From Eledone cirrhosa (Eukaryota), in assembly GCA_964016885.1 (NCBI GenBank), contig OZ024746.1:72416001-72480000 (forward strand): a stretch of DNA of 64,000 bases. Reading direction: 5' to 3'. Below are positions 41,333 through 55,364 of the stretch, one piece after another; the stretch's first letter is position 1, and the number at the start of each line of letters is the position of its first letter. The position numbers were made by a program, and so were the translations under genes. A model generated the notes under the pieces. That model was not told where the DNA came from. It saw only the letters and a list, made by a program, of their open reading frames with translations, and made no database searches.

Positions 41333-41930
41333 AGGGTCGGACGCCATGCTTTCCAGCATAGTTACGTCCCTTTATGTTCTGAGTTCAAATCCCACCAAGG
41401 TTAACTTTGCCTTTCATCCTTACGGAGTCGATAAAATAAAGTACCAGTAATACACTGGGATAATTGCTGGTCTTGTGCCAAAAGTAGAAACAATTATTAT
41501 TGTTGTAATATCGGTAGAGCGTCGGACAACAAACTTTGTGGCATATAGTTACGGCCCTTTACGTTCTGAGTCCAAATCCCGCCGAGGTTAACTTTGCCTT
41601 TCATCCTTACGAGGTCGATGAAATAAAATACCAGTAACACACTGGGGTCGATTTAATCTACTTTCCCCTTTCCCCAAATTACTGGCCTTGTGCCTATACT
41701 AGAAATCATTATTGTTGTTTAATCGGTAGAGCGTCGGACAACAAGCTGTGTGGCGTAGAGTTACGGCCCTTTACGTTCTGAGTTGAAATCCCGCCGAGGT
41801 CAGCTTTACCTTTCATCGTTACGGGGTCGATAAAATAAAGTACCAGTAATGCACTGGGGTCAATTTAATCTACTTTCCCCTCTCCCCAAAATTGCTGTCC
41901 TTGTGCCTATACTAGAAACAATTATTATTG
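41333..41930 (+). mobile_element. Three main-family SINEs head-to-tail (about 41333-41500, 41508-41715, 41722-41930)
   Basis: Three successive B-box/core/tail units separated by (ATT/GTT)n. Confidence 0.9.
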
Positions 41931-42042
41931 TTGTTACCTTAGTTGGTATTTGTCATTGTTGTCATTGTTGTAGTTGATATTACTCTTATCATTGTCTTTG
42001 ATAAGTTTCCTTTACCTCATAGACAACAATTTTCTATATAGA

Positions 42043-42295
42043 TAATTGTTTCTACTTTTGGCACAAGGCCAGCAATTGTCCCAGTGTATTACTGGTACTT
42101 TATTTTATCGATCCCGTAAGGATGAAAGGCAAAGTTAACCTCGACGGGATTTGAACTCAGAATGGCAAGGGCCGTAACTCTTTGCTGCAAAGCATGGCGT
42201 CGGACCCTCTACCGATACTGCCAATCCACTATATAAGTAATTGTTTCTACTTTAGGCACAAGGCCAGCAATTACCCAGTGCATTACTGGTACTTT
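42043..42295 (-). mobile_element. Main-family SINE (42043-42229) plus a 3' fragment (42238-42295)
   Basis: Reverse complement of the family consensus. Confidence 0.9.
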
Positions 42296-42411
42296 AAATC
42301 CACTATATAAATAATAATCACAACCACAAGAATATGGTCCGAACACGGAAGAGCCGAACTCCCACTGTCATCGCCTCCATCTCTCTCGCCATCCCCATCT
42401 CTCTGTATCAT

Positions 42412-42600
42412 TTTTCTTCTTCTTCTTCTTCTTCTTCTTCTTCTTCTTCTTCTTCTTCTTCTTCTTCTTCTTCTTCTTTCTTCTTCTTTCTTCTTCTTCT
42501 TCTTCTTCTTCTTCTTCTTCTTCTTCTTCTTTTCTTCTTCTTCTTCTTCTTTTTTTCTTCTTCTTCTTCTTCTTCTTCTTCTTCTTCTACTTCCTCTTCT
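42412..42600. repeat. (TTC)n microsatellite
   Basis: Direct inspection. Confidence 0.95.
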
Positions 42601-43063
42601 TTCCCCCAATCTTCTCTAATTTTTTCTTCTTTTCTTTATCTTCTTCTTAGCTAATGAAAAGACAATATCTCGATACATTACACATTGCTCAAGGCCTGCT
42701 TTATTGTGGTTCCTATTATATTTTCTCCTCTCGGTTGTATTTCTCTAACGTCTGCAATGTTTTGTCGCTGTTTTGTTGCTTTTTTGTGGTTTGTTTCTCC
42801 ATATTTTCTTTCTTTGGTTGATTGTGTGGTTGTTGTTATTGTTGCTGTTTATGTTTCCTTGTATTTTAGTAGTTGCTTTTTTTTTGTTGTTGTTTTTTTT
42901 TTTGTTTTTCTTTTCATTATTTGTTGCTTTTTTTAAAATCATTTTTAGATAAAAAAAATAAATATCCAGGCAGACCTCGATATGGAATAATTGATATTAT
43001 GGGAGAATAAGGCAAATTCAATGATTTACTTGGATACATGTGCGTGTGTGTATATATATATAT

Positions 43064-43151
<88 letters not shown>

Positions 43152-43164
43152 GTGTGTGAGTATG

Positions 43165-43404
<240 letters not shown>

Positions 43405-43411
43405 TAAATAT

Positions 43412-43495
<84 letters not shown>

Positions 43496-43513
43496 TAAAT
43501 ATATATATATATA

Positions 43514-43585
<72 letters not shown>

Positions 43586-43625
43586 CTGTCGAAACGGTGA
43601 GAGCTCAGCCGTCGGGTCCTGAATT

Positions 43626-43670
<45 letters not shown>

Positions 43671-44014
43671 GCGCGTGTGTGTATATATATATGTATATAT
43701 GTGTGTGTGCGTGTGTGTGTTTTGTTTAGTTCATTTGTTTTATTCAATCAGTCATTCGTGTAATTGCCATATCTCAAGTATGATATAGAAATCCAGAACT
43801 CTTTCTTATAGTTGTTGTTGTCTTTGTTGTATTTATTGTTGTTGTTGTTGTTGATGTCTTTTTTTTTGGGGGGGGGGGGGGGGGGTAATCGACTTATCCC
43901 TCCTCCCCCTAAATTGCTGGTCTTGTGCCAATGTTAGAAAGAAACCACCACCACCACCACAACAACAACAACAACAACAATTCAGTACAACAACAATAAC
44001 ACCGACAGCCTCAA

Positions 44015-45715
44015 TGTAAACACTGATGGCGGTGGCAACAGCAACAACAAACAAAACAACAACACCAGCAACAACAGCAAGAACGACAACACCAACAACA
44101 AGAGCAACGGAGGCGCCACCTTTGCAGCGGCAGCAGCGAAAACAAAGCGCTTCTTCAATGTAGATATTAGCGATAAGGAACAACATTTGGCCCAGGCGTG
44201 GAGGCGAATTAAACGAGAGATGTCCTGGGCAAACCGGACCATCCCGGACGGGGCAATAGCGGCCATGCAAAGGAGGGCGGTGTACTTTCGATGCATTTCA
44301 GTGCAAACACGCAAAGTGGAACTCGCCAGCCAAGCAGAGGTCGAGGCTGCTTTAAAGTGCATCGGAAGTGACATCGAGTACAAAGCAAGGGCCAAGCAGT
44401 TCGGTACCATCTCGGTACTGTTCAAAACCGAGGCCCTTGCTATTAAGCACTCGGTGACTCCTGCAGAACGGAGCGCATTATCATGCACCCGTCCTACGTG
44501 GGCAAAAGGACAGTAAAGGTCCGCGTTCCCAGGATCCCACCAGGAATGAACATATGGTGGCTCCTGGGATGCGTCATCGAGGAGGGGGCAGACACTACCC
44601 TCCTGCATATCAAAAGGACAGAAAGAGAAGACTGGTCCGGAATGAATTTGGAGATTCTTCTCCAGATGAAACCAGAGGACATCAACAACATACCGGATTT
44701 TTCCCGCCTGCAGGACGGGACAACAATCCAATTAATCACTGAGATAAGAAGGCCGCACTGCTTCGTCTGCAGAAAAGCAACGCATCTACAAGCCTTCTGC
44801 CCTTAGCTCAAAAATGCAGGGGGTCGCAAACCTCCTTTGTTGCCAACGCCAGTGTCAGCATGGAAAGCTGCACCACCACCAAAAACAACACCAACAATGA
44901 CACGGGTAGCCCCACGAACATCAAAAACAGTCGGACCACCACCAGCACCGAAACCTGTCCAAGGGTAAATCGAGGAAAGCTCTCCCACTCCCCCTACCCC
45001 TCCAATTATACACATAGACAAAACAATAAATGCACACACAGACACAGTCACAGATACACTCACAGCCACAGACCCTTTGTCTTCCAGCAGTAAAGATGAA
45101 GGAAAGCCCAAAAGTACCAAAAAACAAGAGAAAACTCACCAAAAAAAAGCCCCAACAAAACAAAAACATACACAACAAAAAATACAGACACCACTAACGC
45201 AAACAGCTCCCCAATAACATCAACACCAACATCAACACCACCCCCACAATCCCCGAAACGCAAACAACCTAAACAAACACAAAAACATAAACACAGACAC
45301 CTGAAATTGCAGACACCACACCTACAACAAACACAGACATACCCGAAACAATACCACCAAAACCATCACCACCACAGTCACCAAAACGAAAACAAATAAA
45401 ACCACACCAACAAAACATTAAAAACTTCGTGCTTGTCAGAAGGGCCAACGATAAATTGATGACCCTCTTAGCACGAAGCGAGGACATCCAAACAGAGGGG
45501 GAGATCTTTGAATTGAACACATTTTGCGTGCCAGAAGATTTGTTTCTGGTGCGAATGTCGCTCGATTCCTACAAAGAAATTTGAAAGAGCTTTCCTCAAG
45601 ACGTGGGAACCCCGAACGTGAAACCCACATCGGGACTTTTAAAGGGGTTCCCAAAAGAAACCCTACCAACCATGGAGGTCGAACCACCCGACCTTCACAA
45701 GACCCCAGGAGGTAA
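44015..45715 (+). pseudogene. ORF1 (nucleic-acid-binding, zinc knuckle), frameshifted
   Basis: TFAAAAA; RAKQFGTISVLFK; CFVCRKATHLQAFC = CX2CX4HX4C; followed by a Pro/Thr/Lys-rich region; boundaries approximate. Confidence 0.75.
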
Positions 45716-45748
45716 GTAAACCTTCCCTCTCTCTTTTAGCTTGCCAAC

Positions 45749-48706
45749 ATGGCCATATTAAGAGTAGGAAGTTTAAATGTTCGCGGCCTGGGGTCACCCT
45801 GGAAGCAGAGTCGCCTGCTCAACGACCTCAGGTCTCTGGAAATGGATGTGATTGCCGTCAGCGAGACCAGAATTTCCGACACGCGCGCACTAGCCCACAT
45901 TTTCGACGACTATCAGATCTTCGCATCTGTTAGCAGGTCGGGAATGGGAGGTGAGGTGGCAGTGCAGTTTAGGAAAGGTCTGGATCTCGAGGTAAGGTCG
46001 ATCTTCCGAGACCCAGACGGTAAGTCGGTGGTCCTAGATGTGAGCAGTAGCCAAGGTGATGCTTTTAGACTGCTGGCCGTCTACGCCCCCCTGGGACCGG
46101 ACGACCGGAATTCTTTAGGCGCCTGGAAATCTTTCTGGGTACGTCTCGCCCTCTACTGTTAGCGGGGCACTGGAACGTCATCTTTGACGCACGCTGGGAT
46201 TGTGTGGGAGTAGCTGATAGGAGCGGGAGGTGCAAAAGCCTCAAACACCTAATCCGCCAGTTCCAACTGTCTGACAGGTATCGACTAGATTTACCCAATG
46301 CGCCAGTGTGAGCGTAGCCCAACCGCATAGGGTCATCTAGATCGTATATAGACAAGATCTCCATTAGGAAAATAGATAGAAATAATGTAGGGTGCCCAAT
46401 TTTTAAAACGGTCGCCTATTCAAATCACAAATTTGTGATCTGTATAGTCGACCTAGATAAAACGCGTAGGTTGGGACCGGGTTACTGGAAGCTGAACATG
46501 TCATTTCCAGCATGTAAGGCTTACAGGGACCGAGTCAACAATTTAGTTAAGCAAAAGTTGACGGGGGGGGGGGTTCATCAACAACAGATGGGGGGGGGGG
46601 GGCTCTCAAAAGAGAGATTAGAATAACTTCGATAGAGTTCAGCAAAGAACTAGCGTTAGAGAGAAATAGAAAGGAGCGGGAGCTGGTAGATAAGTTAGAC
46701 AAGGCTATTTGTAGTGGCATTGCAACTGACGTGCTAGCGGCGAGAATGGCATTAGACCATTTCTTCAATCCGAAACACGAAGGTTGCATTTTCAGAGCTA
46801 AGGCGCGTGCGCTGAGAAACGAGGGAACCAAAGCTATCCGATGGGCCTGCGTAGCGGAAGCGCAGCGTTGTAATAAAACCACAATTCGGTCTTTGGCGGA
46901 CCGAGACGGACACGAGATAAGCGATTCCAAGCGGATGTGTGAGGCCTTTCGCTAGCACTTTTCTCGGTTGTTCGGGGAGAGTGGCGAGTCAGAGAGAGTA
47001 GCGGATTTCAGTCCCTACCTTGACGGCTTGCCGCGCATCTCGACGGTCGACGCTGAGCGCTGCGAAAGGTCGATTACTTCAGCCGAAATTCAGGACGCCC
47101 TTGTCGGCTGCATGAGGCGCAAGTCACCCGGTTTGGATGACCTGCCCTACGAGCTTTACGTAAATATGCTAGACTTGTTCTCCGATCTCCTCGAAGCACT
47201 CTACTGCAACTGGCAATAGAATGGGAGTATTCCCAGTTCTGTGAGCGGGAGAGTGGTGACGCTGATAAGGAAAGACAAGAACAAGAGGGATACAATAGAC
47301 AACTTCAGGCTCATAACTCTGCTCAAAACAGAGTTTAAGATTTTGGCCAAGGTGTTAGCAAAGAGATTGGCGCTTGTCGTCGAGGATTTGGTTGGGGAGG
47401 CGCAAACTTGTGCAATACCAGCTAGGTCCATACACGACAATCTCCACCTCATGCGATACATCATAGAGAGGGTAGGGTGTAAACCTGGCTTCGGCGGGGC
47501 ACTGATTAATTTAGATCAATCGAAAGCATTCGATAGGCTCGACCATCGGTATCTGGAGTTTGTATGATAGCTTGGTTCGGACCAGACCTCTAGGTGGAAA
47601 AGAATTGGGATGAAGTAACGAGCAGGGTAGCCAGTCTCACCCAAAAATGGGCTGGGAGGAAGATATCACTGAAAGGTCGCGCGGAGGTGGTGAATGCGTA
47701 CATCGCGTCCGTCATCTACTACCGCCTGACCGTCATGCCTTTCCCCCGTCCGCGCCTCGTCAAGTTGGAACGGCTCCTCTTCAAATTCTTGTGGAGAGGA
47801 CAAGTTCCGTTGGTGAGGTGGTCCATCTGCTGCCAGCACCCTCTACGCGGAGGGCTGAGCATGCCGTGGCTAATGATGCGCAGACATGCGCTGAGGCTGC
47901 GACATCTCCAGATATTCTGTCTAAACGGTGAACAGGTGTGGTCGCCGTTTATCTGACGGGCCTTTCTGCAGCTCGTTTCTTTGACTGAGCTGCAGTCCTG
48001 GGTCAAGAAGAGACCGAGACTGGGTGACTGGCACCTGGAATGTTGCCAGGCACTCACTGCCCTCTACCAAGCGAGCAATGCAATCGGTGCAACTTCCACT
48101 CTCGAGTTCTATAGAGGATTAGTGGTGGGCAAGTGCGATAACGCACTCGGGGGAGTTTTGGGCCTCGACGAAGTCAAACTGACCAGTCTGTTCCGGAGAA
48201 CTTTCGAGCCGGGGACGATGGACAATTTCCAGAAATCCCTCGCTTGGCAGTTCATACCGGGGGGAACTGCCGGTTCGGCATAAACTCTACAGGCAAGATG
48301 CGCACAGAGCGAGGAAACCGTTCTGCACGCACTTGTCCAATGTCTGTGCATTACTGACTTGTGGAGTTATGTCGAACAGCTACTGTCGCGTGTGGAACGG
48401 ATCCGGTTATCGGCCGAGTCCATAGTGAAGATCGACCTGACGCCTTCCTTTGGTCAGGAAGAGCAGGCAATTTTCCTCTGTCTTGTGGCAGTTGCGAAAG
48501 AGGTTATATGGTGGACCAGATTGGAAGGACTGAAGACAGACTATTTTCTCTTCGGCCAATCCCTCATCAACTTCTTCACGTTTCACTCGGAAAGGAATGT
48601 GAGGATGGAGAGAGAAGTGCTGCCCCCTAATACATTTGCTAAAAGGTGGATGAATGTGGCGAGAATGGCCCGTGTGAATGGGCCTACTCTGACCATGCTC
48701 CTATAG
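45749..48706 (+). pseudogene. ORF2 APE endonuclease + reverse transcriptase, multiple stops/frameshifts, internal deletion
   Basis: SLNVRGL, VSET, AVYAP, GYWKLN, KSPGLDDLPYELY, NFRLITLLKTEFKILAKVLAKRL, LDQSKAFDRLDHRYL, SLKGRAEVVN, GGLSMP. Confidence 0.93.
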
Positions 48707-49002
48707 GCTAGCTAATTTGAGGAGAGGGGTTCTCTCCCTGGGTTCGCTAGAAGTGCAGGGTGGTTCAGGATTGGTGGGGTACCTGAGTCACCCCTGGGTC
48801 GTCCACCTCCTATAGAGGAATTTATTTTGTTATATTTATGCATAGTTTATTTTATGTTTTATATCTTCATTGTTAAATTAGTCTTGCCATTGTGCACTTT
48901 TACTCGACCTTATTGTAAACCCCCACTGTCCCTGTCTTTGTATTGTCCCCTACATGTGGGCCCCTGTGGCCAATAAATAAAATCATTATTATTATCATCA
49001 CA

Positions 49003-49200
49003 GGGCGGTGGATTGGCAGTATCAGTAGAGGCTCGGACGCCATGCTTTCCAGCATTGTTACGTCCCTTTATGTTCTGAGTTCAAATCCCGCCGAGGTTGA
49101 CTTTGCCTTTCATCCTTACGGGGTCGATAAAATAAAGTACCAGTATTGCACTGGGTAATTGCTGGCCTTGTGCCTAAAGTAGAAACAATTATTATTATCA
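49003..49200 (+). mobile_element. tRNA-derived SINE, main family, full length
   Basis: ggcggtggattggcag head through the (ATT)n tail. Confidence 0.92.
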
Positions 49201-49227
49201 TCACAATTACTATTATCATTATTATTA

Positions 49228-49605
49228 TGATTAACTTTTTCAAATTTCATTTGAAAAGGAAAATCAGGGTAGAGAGGGAAGTGCCCTCTTCCCAGCATTT
49301 TGTTAAAAGATGGGTGAGAGAGACAAGAATGGCCCGAGTGAATGGGCCTACTCTGAGTGTGTGCCTGTAAACTGGGAGAGGGCACATGCCCTGGTGGTCA
49401 GGGTCACCGTGGCTTTTTTAATGGGCTTTCTCCACGAGTGTCCCTCGGAAGTCTTCCCCCTATTGGGGAATTTTTCATTGTTTCTCTTTTGTTACATCCT
49501 CTGTTTTTGTTTTTTACACGCAGAAATGCCCATTTGTACCGTCCTGTATTGTCCTGCACTGTCCTTAATGTCTACTTTATATAAAGCCTTGTGGTTAATA
49601 AAGAA
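49228..49605 (+). mobile_element. 3' fragment of a Tx1/L1-like LINE subfamily
   Basis: INFFKFHLKRKIRVEREV...KRWV..RMARVNGPTL, then a distinct 3' UTR with AATAAA. Confidence 0.85.
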
Positions 49606-49638
49606 ATCATTATTATTATTGTTATTATTATTATTATA

Positions 49639-49840
49639 GGGCGGTGGATTGGCACTATCGGTAGAGGGTCGGACGCCATGCTTTGACGCATAGAGTTACG
49701 GCCCTTGCCATTCTGAGTTCAAATCCCGCCGAGGTTAACTTTGCCTTTCATCCTCACGGGGTCGATAAAATAAAGTACCAGTAATACACTGGGTAATTGC
49801 TGGCCTTGTGCCAAAAGTAGAAACAATTATTATTATTATT
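49639..49840 (+). mobile_element. tRNA-derived SINE, main family, full length
   Basis: Consensus match. Confidence 0.92.
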
Positions 49841-49860
49841 GTTATTATTGTTATTGTTAT

Positions 49861-50950
49861 TCCTTGAATCTCAGTCATTGATGTTGGTTAACTGGAAAGT
49901 CCGTTGGATTGAATATCAAGCCACTACCTGCAGCCTCAGATATTCAGGACGTATCGGAGGGTTCTTGCCGTTCCAAGCAAGCATGCCTTTTGAAGCGTTC
50001 CAAAAAGCGTGAAGGGGCCGATTTTCTTTAACCATCCCTGGAAACCTTTGGAGATAGTCCCCAGTGCGCCTATGACAATCGGGATCACTTTGACTTCATG
50101 GCAGTTCCAAATCCTTTTCACCTCCCACTTTAGGTCCTGGTATCGGTTAATTTTCTCCCTCTCCTTCTCTTGCACTCTCGTGTCGAACGGGCAGGCCACA
50201 TCCACAATCAGGCACGATCTTTTTTCTTTGTCCACAACCACCAGGTCAGGTCTATTGTGTTCCAGTTTTTTGTCCGTCTGTATCCTAAAATCCCACAGCA
50301 CCTTCACCTGACTGTTCTCCATCACCGCCTCTGGCCTATGCTCATACCATTTCTCAGAATGTGGTAGATTGTTTACTTTGCACAGGTGCCAGTGGATCAC
50401 CCTGCCCATCACATCGTGTCTCCAGCCCTTATAGTGGGTCTGGGCTAGGTGTTTACACTCGGACACAATGTGAGCCACAGTCTCCTCTCTCTCTCCACAG
50501 ATCCTGCACAGTGGGCTAGCCTCCTCCTTGTAGATATGGTGCTTCAACCACTTCGTTTTGAGGGCCTGCTCCTGCGCAGCCATTAGCATTCCTTCTGTAG
50601 CCTTTTTGAGGTCTCCTCTTCTCAACCAGTTCCATGTCTGTGGATCTCTAAATTCAGTTTTCTCAAAGAAGGTACTATGAAGGGATTTTCCCTTAAGGCT
50701 GCTCTTCCTCCTTGATGTTATTTCCTCCTTGGGTATCCCCTGGCCTACTCTCCCCTCCTTCAGTACAGCTCTGAGCATTGGCTCCTTACTATAGGTCACG
50801 TATTTGTATAGGTTGTTTTTCTCCATCTGAACACAGTCCTCTATGCTGATAAGACCTCTTCCACCCTCAGATCTCCTTAGGTAGAGTCTATCGACATCAC
50901 TCCTCTTGTGGAACATGTTGTAGATAGTCAATAGCTTCCTAGTCTTCCTA
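49861..50950 (-). mobile_element. 5'-truncated R4/Dong-clade retrotransposon: post-RT region, CCHC finger, restriction-like endonuclease (open frame to stop at 49936)
   Basis: RLYLRRSEGGRGL; AAQEQAL; CRICGEREETVAHIVSEC; RHD; LWDFRIQTD..HNRPDLVVVD...IVDVACP...EKINRY; PIVIGALG; (TAA)n-type tracts on both flanks. Confidence 0.93.
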
Positions 50951-50997
<47 letters not shown>

Positions 50998-51195
50998 GGC
51001 GGTGGATTGGCAGTATCGTTAGCGGGTCGGACACCATGCTTTGATGTATAGAGTTACGGCCCTTACCATTCTGAGTTCAAATCCCGCCGAGGTTAACTTT
51101 GCCTTTCATCCTTACGGGTTCTATAAAATGAAGTACCAGTAATACACTGTGATAATTGCTGGCCTTGTGCCAAAAGTAGCAACAATTATTACTAT
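50998..51195 (+). mobile_element. tRNA-derived SINE, main family, full length
   Basis: Consensus match. Confidence 0.92.
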
Positions 51196-51867
51196 TGTTG
51201 TTGTAGTTGTTGTTGGTTTCTTCTTGTTTGTATTGACGTTGTTGTTGTTGTTGTTGTTGTTGGCGGTGGTATTGTTGTTGTTGCTGTTATATATGAAGAA
51301 AAGTTTTTCTCAGATCAGAAACATGTATCGATTTTTTATCTTTTCTTTTTCTTTGTTTATTTCATGCGGTCCTGTGTTTCGTTTATTTACTTTCTTTCTT
51401 TCTGAGGGGGGCGGGGGGGGGGGGGTTATGAAGGAGTAGGAGGGGTTTGTTTGTTATTATTGACCTTCTTATTATGACTTTCTTTTGTCTTTAAATAACA
51501 GCGTGGAATGTGAGTAGGAGAAGGAGGAGGAGGGGGTTGTTATGAGGGGAGAAAATATGTAGGAGGGAATTGGGAGGAGGAGGGGGTTGTTTTGAAGGGT
51601 GTGTAGGAGGGAATGGGAAATAGGATGAGGGGGGAAGAGGGGGAGGGTTGTTATGAAGGGAGAGGATGTGTAGGAGGAATTGGGGAGGAGGCGGGGGAGC
51701 AATGGTTGTTATGAAGCGAGATGATGTGTAGGAGGGAGTAGGAGGGGGAGGAGAGGGAGGGAGGGGGAAGAGAAGGATGAGGAGGGTTGTTATGAGGGGA
51801 GAGGATGTGTAGGAGGGAATGAGGAGGGGGCAGGAGGAGGGAAGGAGGAAGGGAAGAAGGTAGAGAA

Positions 51868-53420
51868 GGTGATGGTCATCGTCCCGGCGATAATGATGGA
51901 GATGATGATGGTGATTGTAGTCGTGGTGATGGTGATGGTAGGGATGGTGATGGTGGTGATAGTGGTGATGGTGGTGATGGTGATGGTAGGGATGGTGATG
52001 GTGGTGATGGTGGTGATGGGGATGGTGGTGATGGTGGTGATGGTGGTGATGGGGATGGTGGTGATGGTGGTGATGGTGGTGATGGGGATGGTGGTGATGG
52101 TGGTGATGGTGATGGTGGTGATAGGGATGGTGGTGATGGTGGTGATGGTGGTGATGGGGATGGTGGTGATGGTGGTGATGGTGGTGATGGTGATGGTAGG
52201 GATGGTGATGGTGGTGATGGTGGTGATGGTGGTGATGGTGATGGTAGGGATGGTGATGGTGGTGATGGTGGTGATGGTGGTGATGGTGATGGTAGGGATG
52301 GTGATGGTGGTGATGGTGGTGATGGGGATGGTGGTGATGGTGGTGATGGTGGTGATGGGGATGGTGGTGATGGTGGTGATGGTGGTGATGGGGATGGTGG
52401 TGATGGTAGGGATGGTGATGGTGGTGATAGGGATGGTGGTGATGGTGGTGATGGTGGTGATGGTGATGGTAGGGATGGTGATGGTGGTGATAGGGATGGT
52501 GGTGATGGTGGTGATGGGGATGGTGGTGATGGTGGTGATGGGGATGGTGGTGATGGTGGTGATGGTGGTGATGGGGATGGTGGTGATGGTAGGGATGGTG
52601 ATGGTGGTGATAGGGATGGTGGTGATGGTGGTGATGGTGGTGATGGTGATGGTAGGGATGGTGATGGTGGTGATGGTGGTGATGGTGGTGATGGTGATGG
52701 TAGGGATGGTGATGGTGGTGATGGTGGTGATGGTGGTGATGGTGATGGTAGGGATGGTGATGGTGGTGATGGTGGTGATGGGGATGGTGGTGATGGTGGT
52801 GATGGTGGTGATGGGGATGGTGGTGATGGTGGTGATGGTGGTGATGGTGATGGTGGTGATGGTGGTGATGGTGGTGATGGTGGTGATGGGGATGGTGGTG
52901 ATGGTGGTGATTGGGATGGTGATGGTGGTGGTAGAGATGGTGGTGGTGGTGGGGATGGCGGTGATGGGGATGGTAATGGTTATGGTGGTGGTGATGGTGG
53001 TGGTAGGGATGGTGATGGTGGTGGTGATGGTGGTGGTAGGGATGGTGATGGTAGGGATGTTGATGGTTACGGTGGTGGTGATGGTGATGGTGGTGATGGG
53101 GATGGTGGTGATGGTTGTGATGGTGGTGATAGGGATGGTGATGGTGGTGTTGATAAGGATGGTGGTGATGATGGTGATGGTGATGGTGGTGGTGGTGATG
53201 GTGGTGGTGGTGATGGTGATGGTGGTGATAGGGATGGTGATGGTGGCGGTGGTGGTGGTGATGGGAATGGTGGTGATGGTGATGGTGATGGTGGTGATAG
53301 GGGTGATGATGGTGATGGTGGTGATAGGAATGGTGATGGTGGGGATGGTGATGGTGGCGGTGGTGGTGGTGATGGGGATGGTGGCGATAGTGATGATGGG
53401 GGTGGGGATGGTGATGGTGG
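51868..53420. repeat. Compound (GAT/GGT)n triplet satellite
   Basis: Direct inspection; produces the spurious 536 aa M/V/G ORF. Confidence 0.95.
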
Positions 53421-54320
53421 TTAGAATGAAATGGTGTAGTGTAGTGTGGTGTGGTGTAGTGTGGTGTCGTGTGGTGTAGAGTGGTGTGGTTTGGTGTAGT
53501 ATAGTGTGGTGTGGTGTGGTGTAGTATAGTGTGGTGTGGTGTGGTGTAGTGTGGTGTAGTGTGGTGTAGTGTGGTGTAGTGTGGTGTGGTGTAGTGTGGT
53601 ATAGTGTGGTGTAGTGTGGTGTGGTGTAGTGTGGTCTCGCGTGGTGTAGTGTGGTGTGCTGTGGTGGTTAGAATGGAATGGTGTAGTGTGGTGTAGTGTG
53701 GTGTAGTATAGTGTGGTGTGGTGTAGTGTGGTGTGGTGTAGTGTAGTATAGTGTGGTGTGGTGTAGTATAGTGTGGTGTAGTGTGGTATGGTGTAGTATA
53801 GTGTGGTGTGGTGTAGTATAGTGTGGTGTAGTGTGGTGTGGTGTAGTATAGTGTGGTGTGGTGTAGTATAGTGTGGTGTGGCGTGGTGTGGTGAGGTGTA
53901 GTGTGGTGTGGTGTAGTGTGGTGTGGTGTAGTGTAGCGTGGTGTGGTGGTTAGAATGGAATGGTGTTGTGTGGTGTAGTGTAGTGTAGTATAGCGTGGTG
54001 TAGTGTGGTGTGGTGTAGTGTAGTATAGTATGATGTAGTGTGGTGTGTTGTGGTGTAATATAGTGTGGTGTGGTGTAGTATAGTGTTGTGTAGTATAGTG
54101 TAGTGGGGTGTAGTGCGGTGTGGTGTAGTGTGGTCTCGTGTGGTGTAGTGTGGTGTGGTGGTTAGAATGGAATGGTATAGTGTGGTGCAGTGTGGTGTAG
54201 TATAGTGTGCTGTGGTGTGGTGTGGTGTAGTGTGGTGTTGTGTGGTCTCGGGTGGTGTAGTATAGTGTGGTGTGGTGTGGTGTTTAGAATGGAATGGTGT
54301 GGAGTGGTATGGTAGTAGGT
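53421..54320. repeat. (GTGTA/GTGTG)n pentamer satellite punctuated by ttagaatggaatgg
   Basis: The punctuation motif recurs at about 53421, 53668, 53950, 54162 and 54284. Confidence 0.92.
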
Positions 54321-54650
54321 TACGTTGTAGTAGTGTGACCTAGTAATGGTGTGGTGAAGTATTGGTGAGGAGGACTGGTGTGATGCAATGATAGACTGGT
54401 GTGATGTAGTGGTCTATGTTTTTCTTATTTTATCCATCCGTCTGTGTCTGCTATAACAACAACAACAAAACACACACCCAACCGAACGCCAAATAAAAAA
54501 CAACAGGATTACTTCACTCATATTGCTAACATCTCTTCATTCCTGCGAAAATTGATCATGTGCCAATCATAGTGCTGGTGGTGCTGGTGGTGGTGGTGGT
54601 GGTGGTAGTGGTGGTATGGGGGGGGGGGGTCGTCGTCGTCGTCGTCATAG

Positions 54651-54704
<54 letters not shown>

Positions 54705-54815
54705 CTAAGTTCAAATCCCGCCGAGGTTAACTTTGCCTTTCATCCTTTCGGGGTCGATAAAATAAAGTACCAGTAATACACTGAGGTAATTGCTGGCCTT
54801 GTGCCAAAAGTAGAA

Positions 54816-54855
<40 letters not shown>

Positions 54856-55075
54856 GGGCGGTAGATTGTTAGTATCGGTAGAGCATCAGACACCATGCTT
54901 TGCAGCAGAGAGTTGTGACCCTTTGCGTTCTAAGTTCAGATCCCGACGAGGTTAGCTTTGCCTTTCATCCTTACGAGGTCGATAAAATAAAGTCCCAGTC
55001 ATGCACTGAGATAGATTTAATCGACTTTCCGCTCCCCCCAAATTGATAGCCTATAGTAGAAATCATTATTATTAC

Positions 55076-55136
<61 letters not shown>

Positions 55137-55235
55137 ACATTAGCAGCAGTAATGTTCTTACATATATATATTTGTTCAAATCCACCCATGGTCAACTTTG
55201 CCTTTCATCATTTCGAGATTCGATAAAATATAGTA
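54705..55235 (+). mobile_element. Three main-family SINE copies/fragments (54705-54815, 54856-55070, 55172-55235)
   Basis: Core motif repeated, separated by (ATT)n and (AGT)n. Confidence 0.88.
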
Positions 55236-55364
55236 ACAGACCAAGGGTCAAAGATTGGCTGAATTACTAAGGGTGCCGGTCGATATTTCTTGTGGTATTT
55301 ATTCACGTCCTTTGTGTTCTCGGTTTAGTATCATTTAGCATCATTTACTTGTTTAGCATCACCC

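Larger units (their letters stand above)
43950..48980 (+). mobile_element. Near full-length, inactivated Tx1/L1-like non-LTR retrotransposon
   Basis: ORF1 with CCHC knuckle, ORF2 with APE and partial RT, 3' UTR ending in aataaataaaa before (ATT)n. Confidence 0.9.

Noticed and set aside
51869-53479. 536 aa Met/Val/Gly ORF
   Set aside because: Product of the GAT/GGT triplet satellite; no non-repetitive domain.
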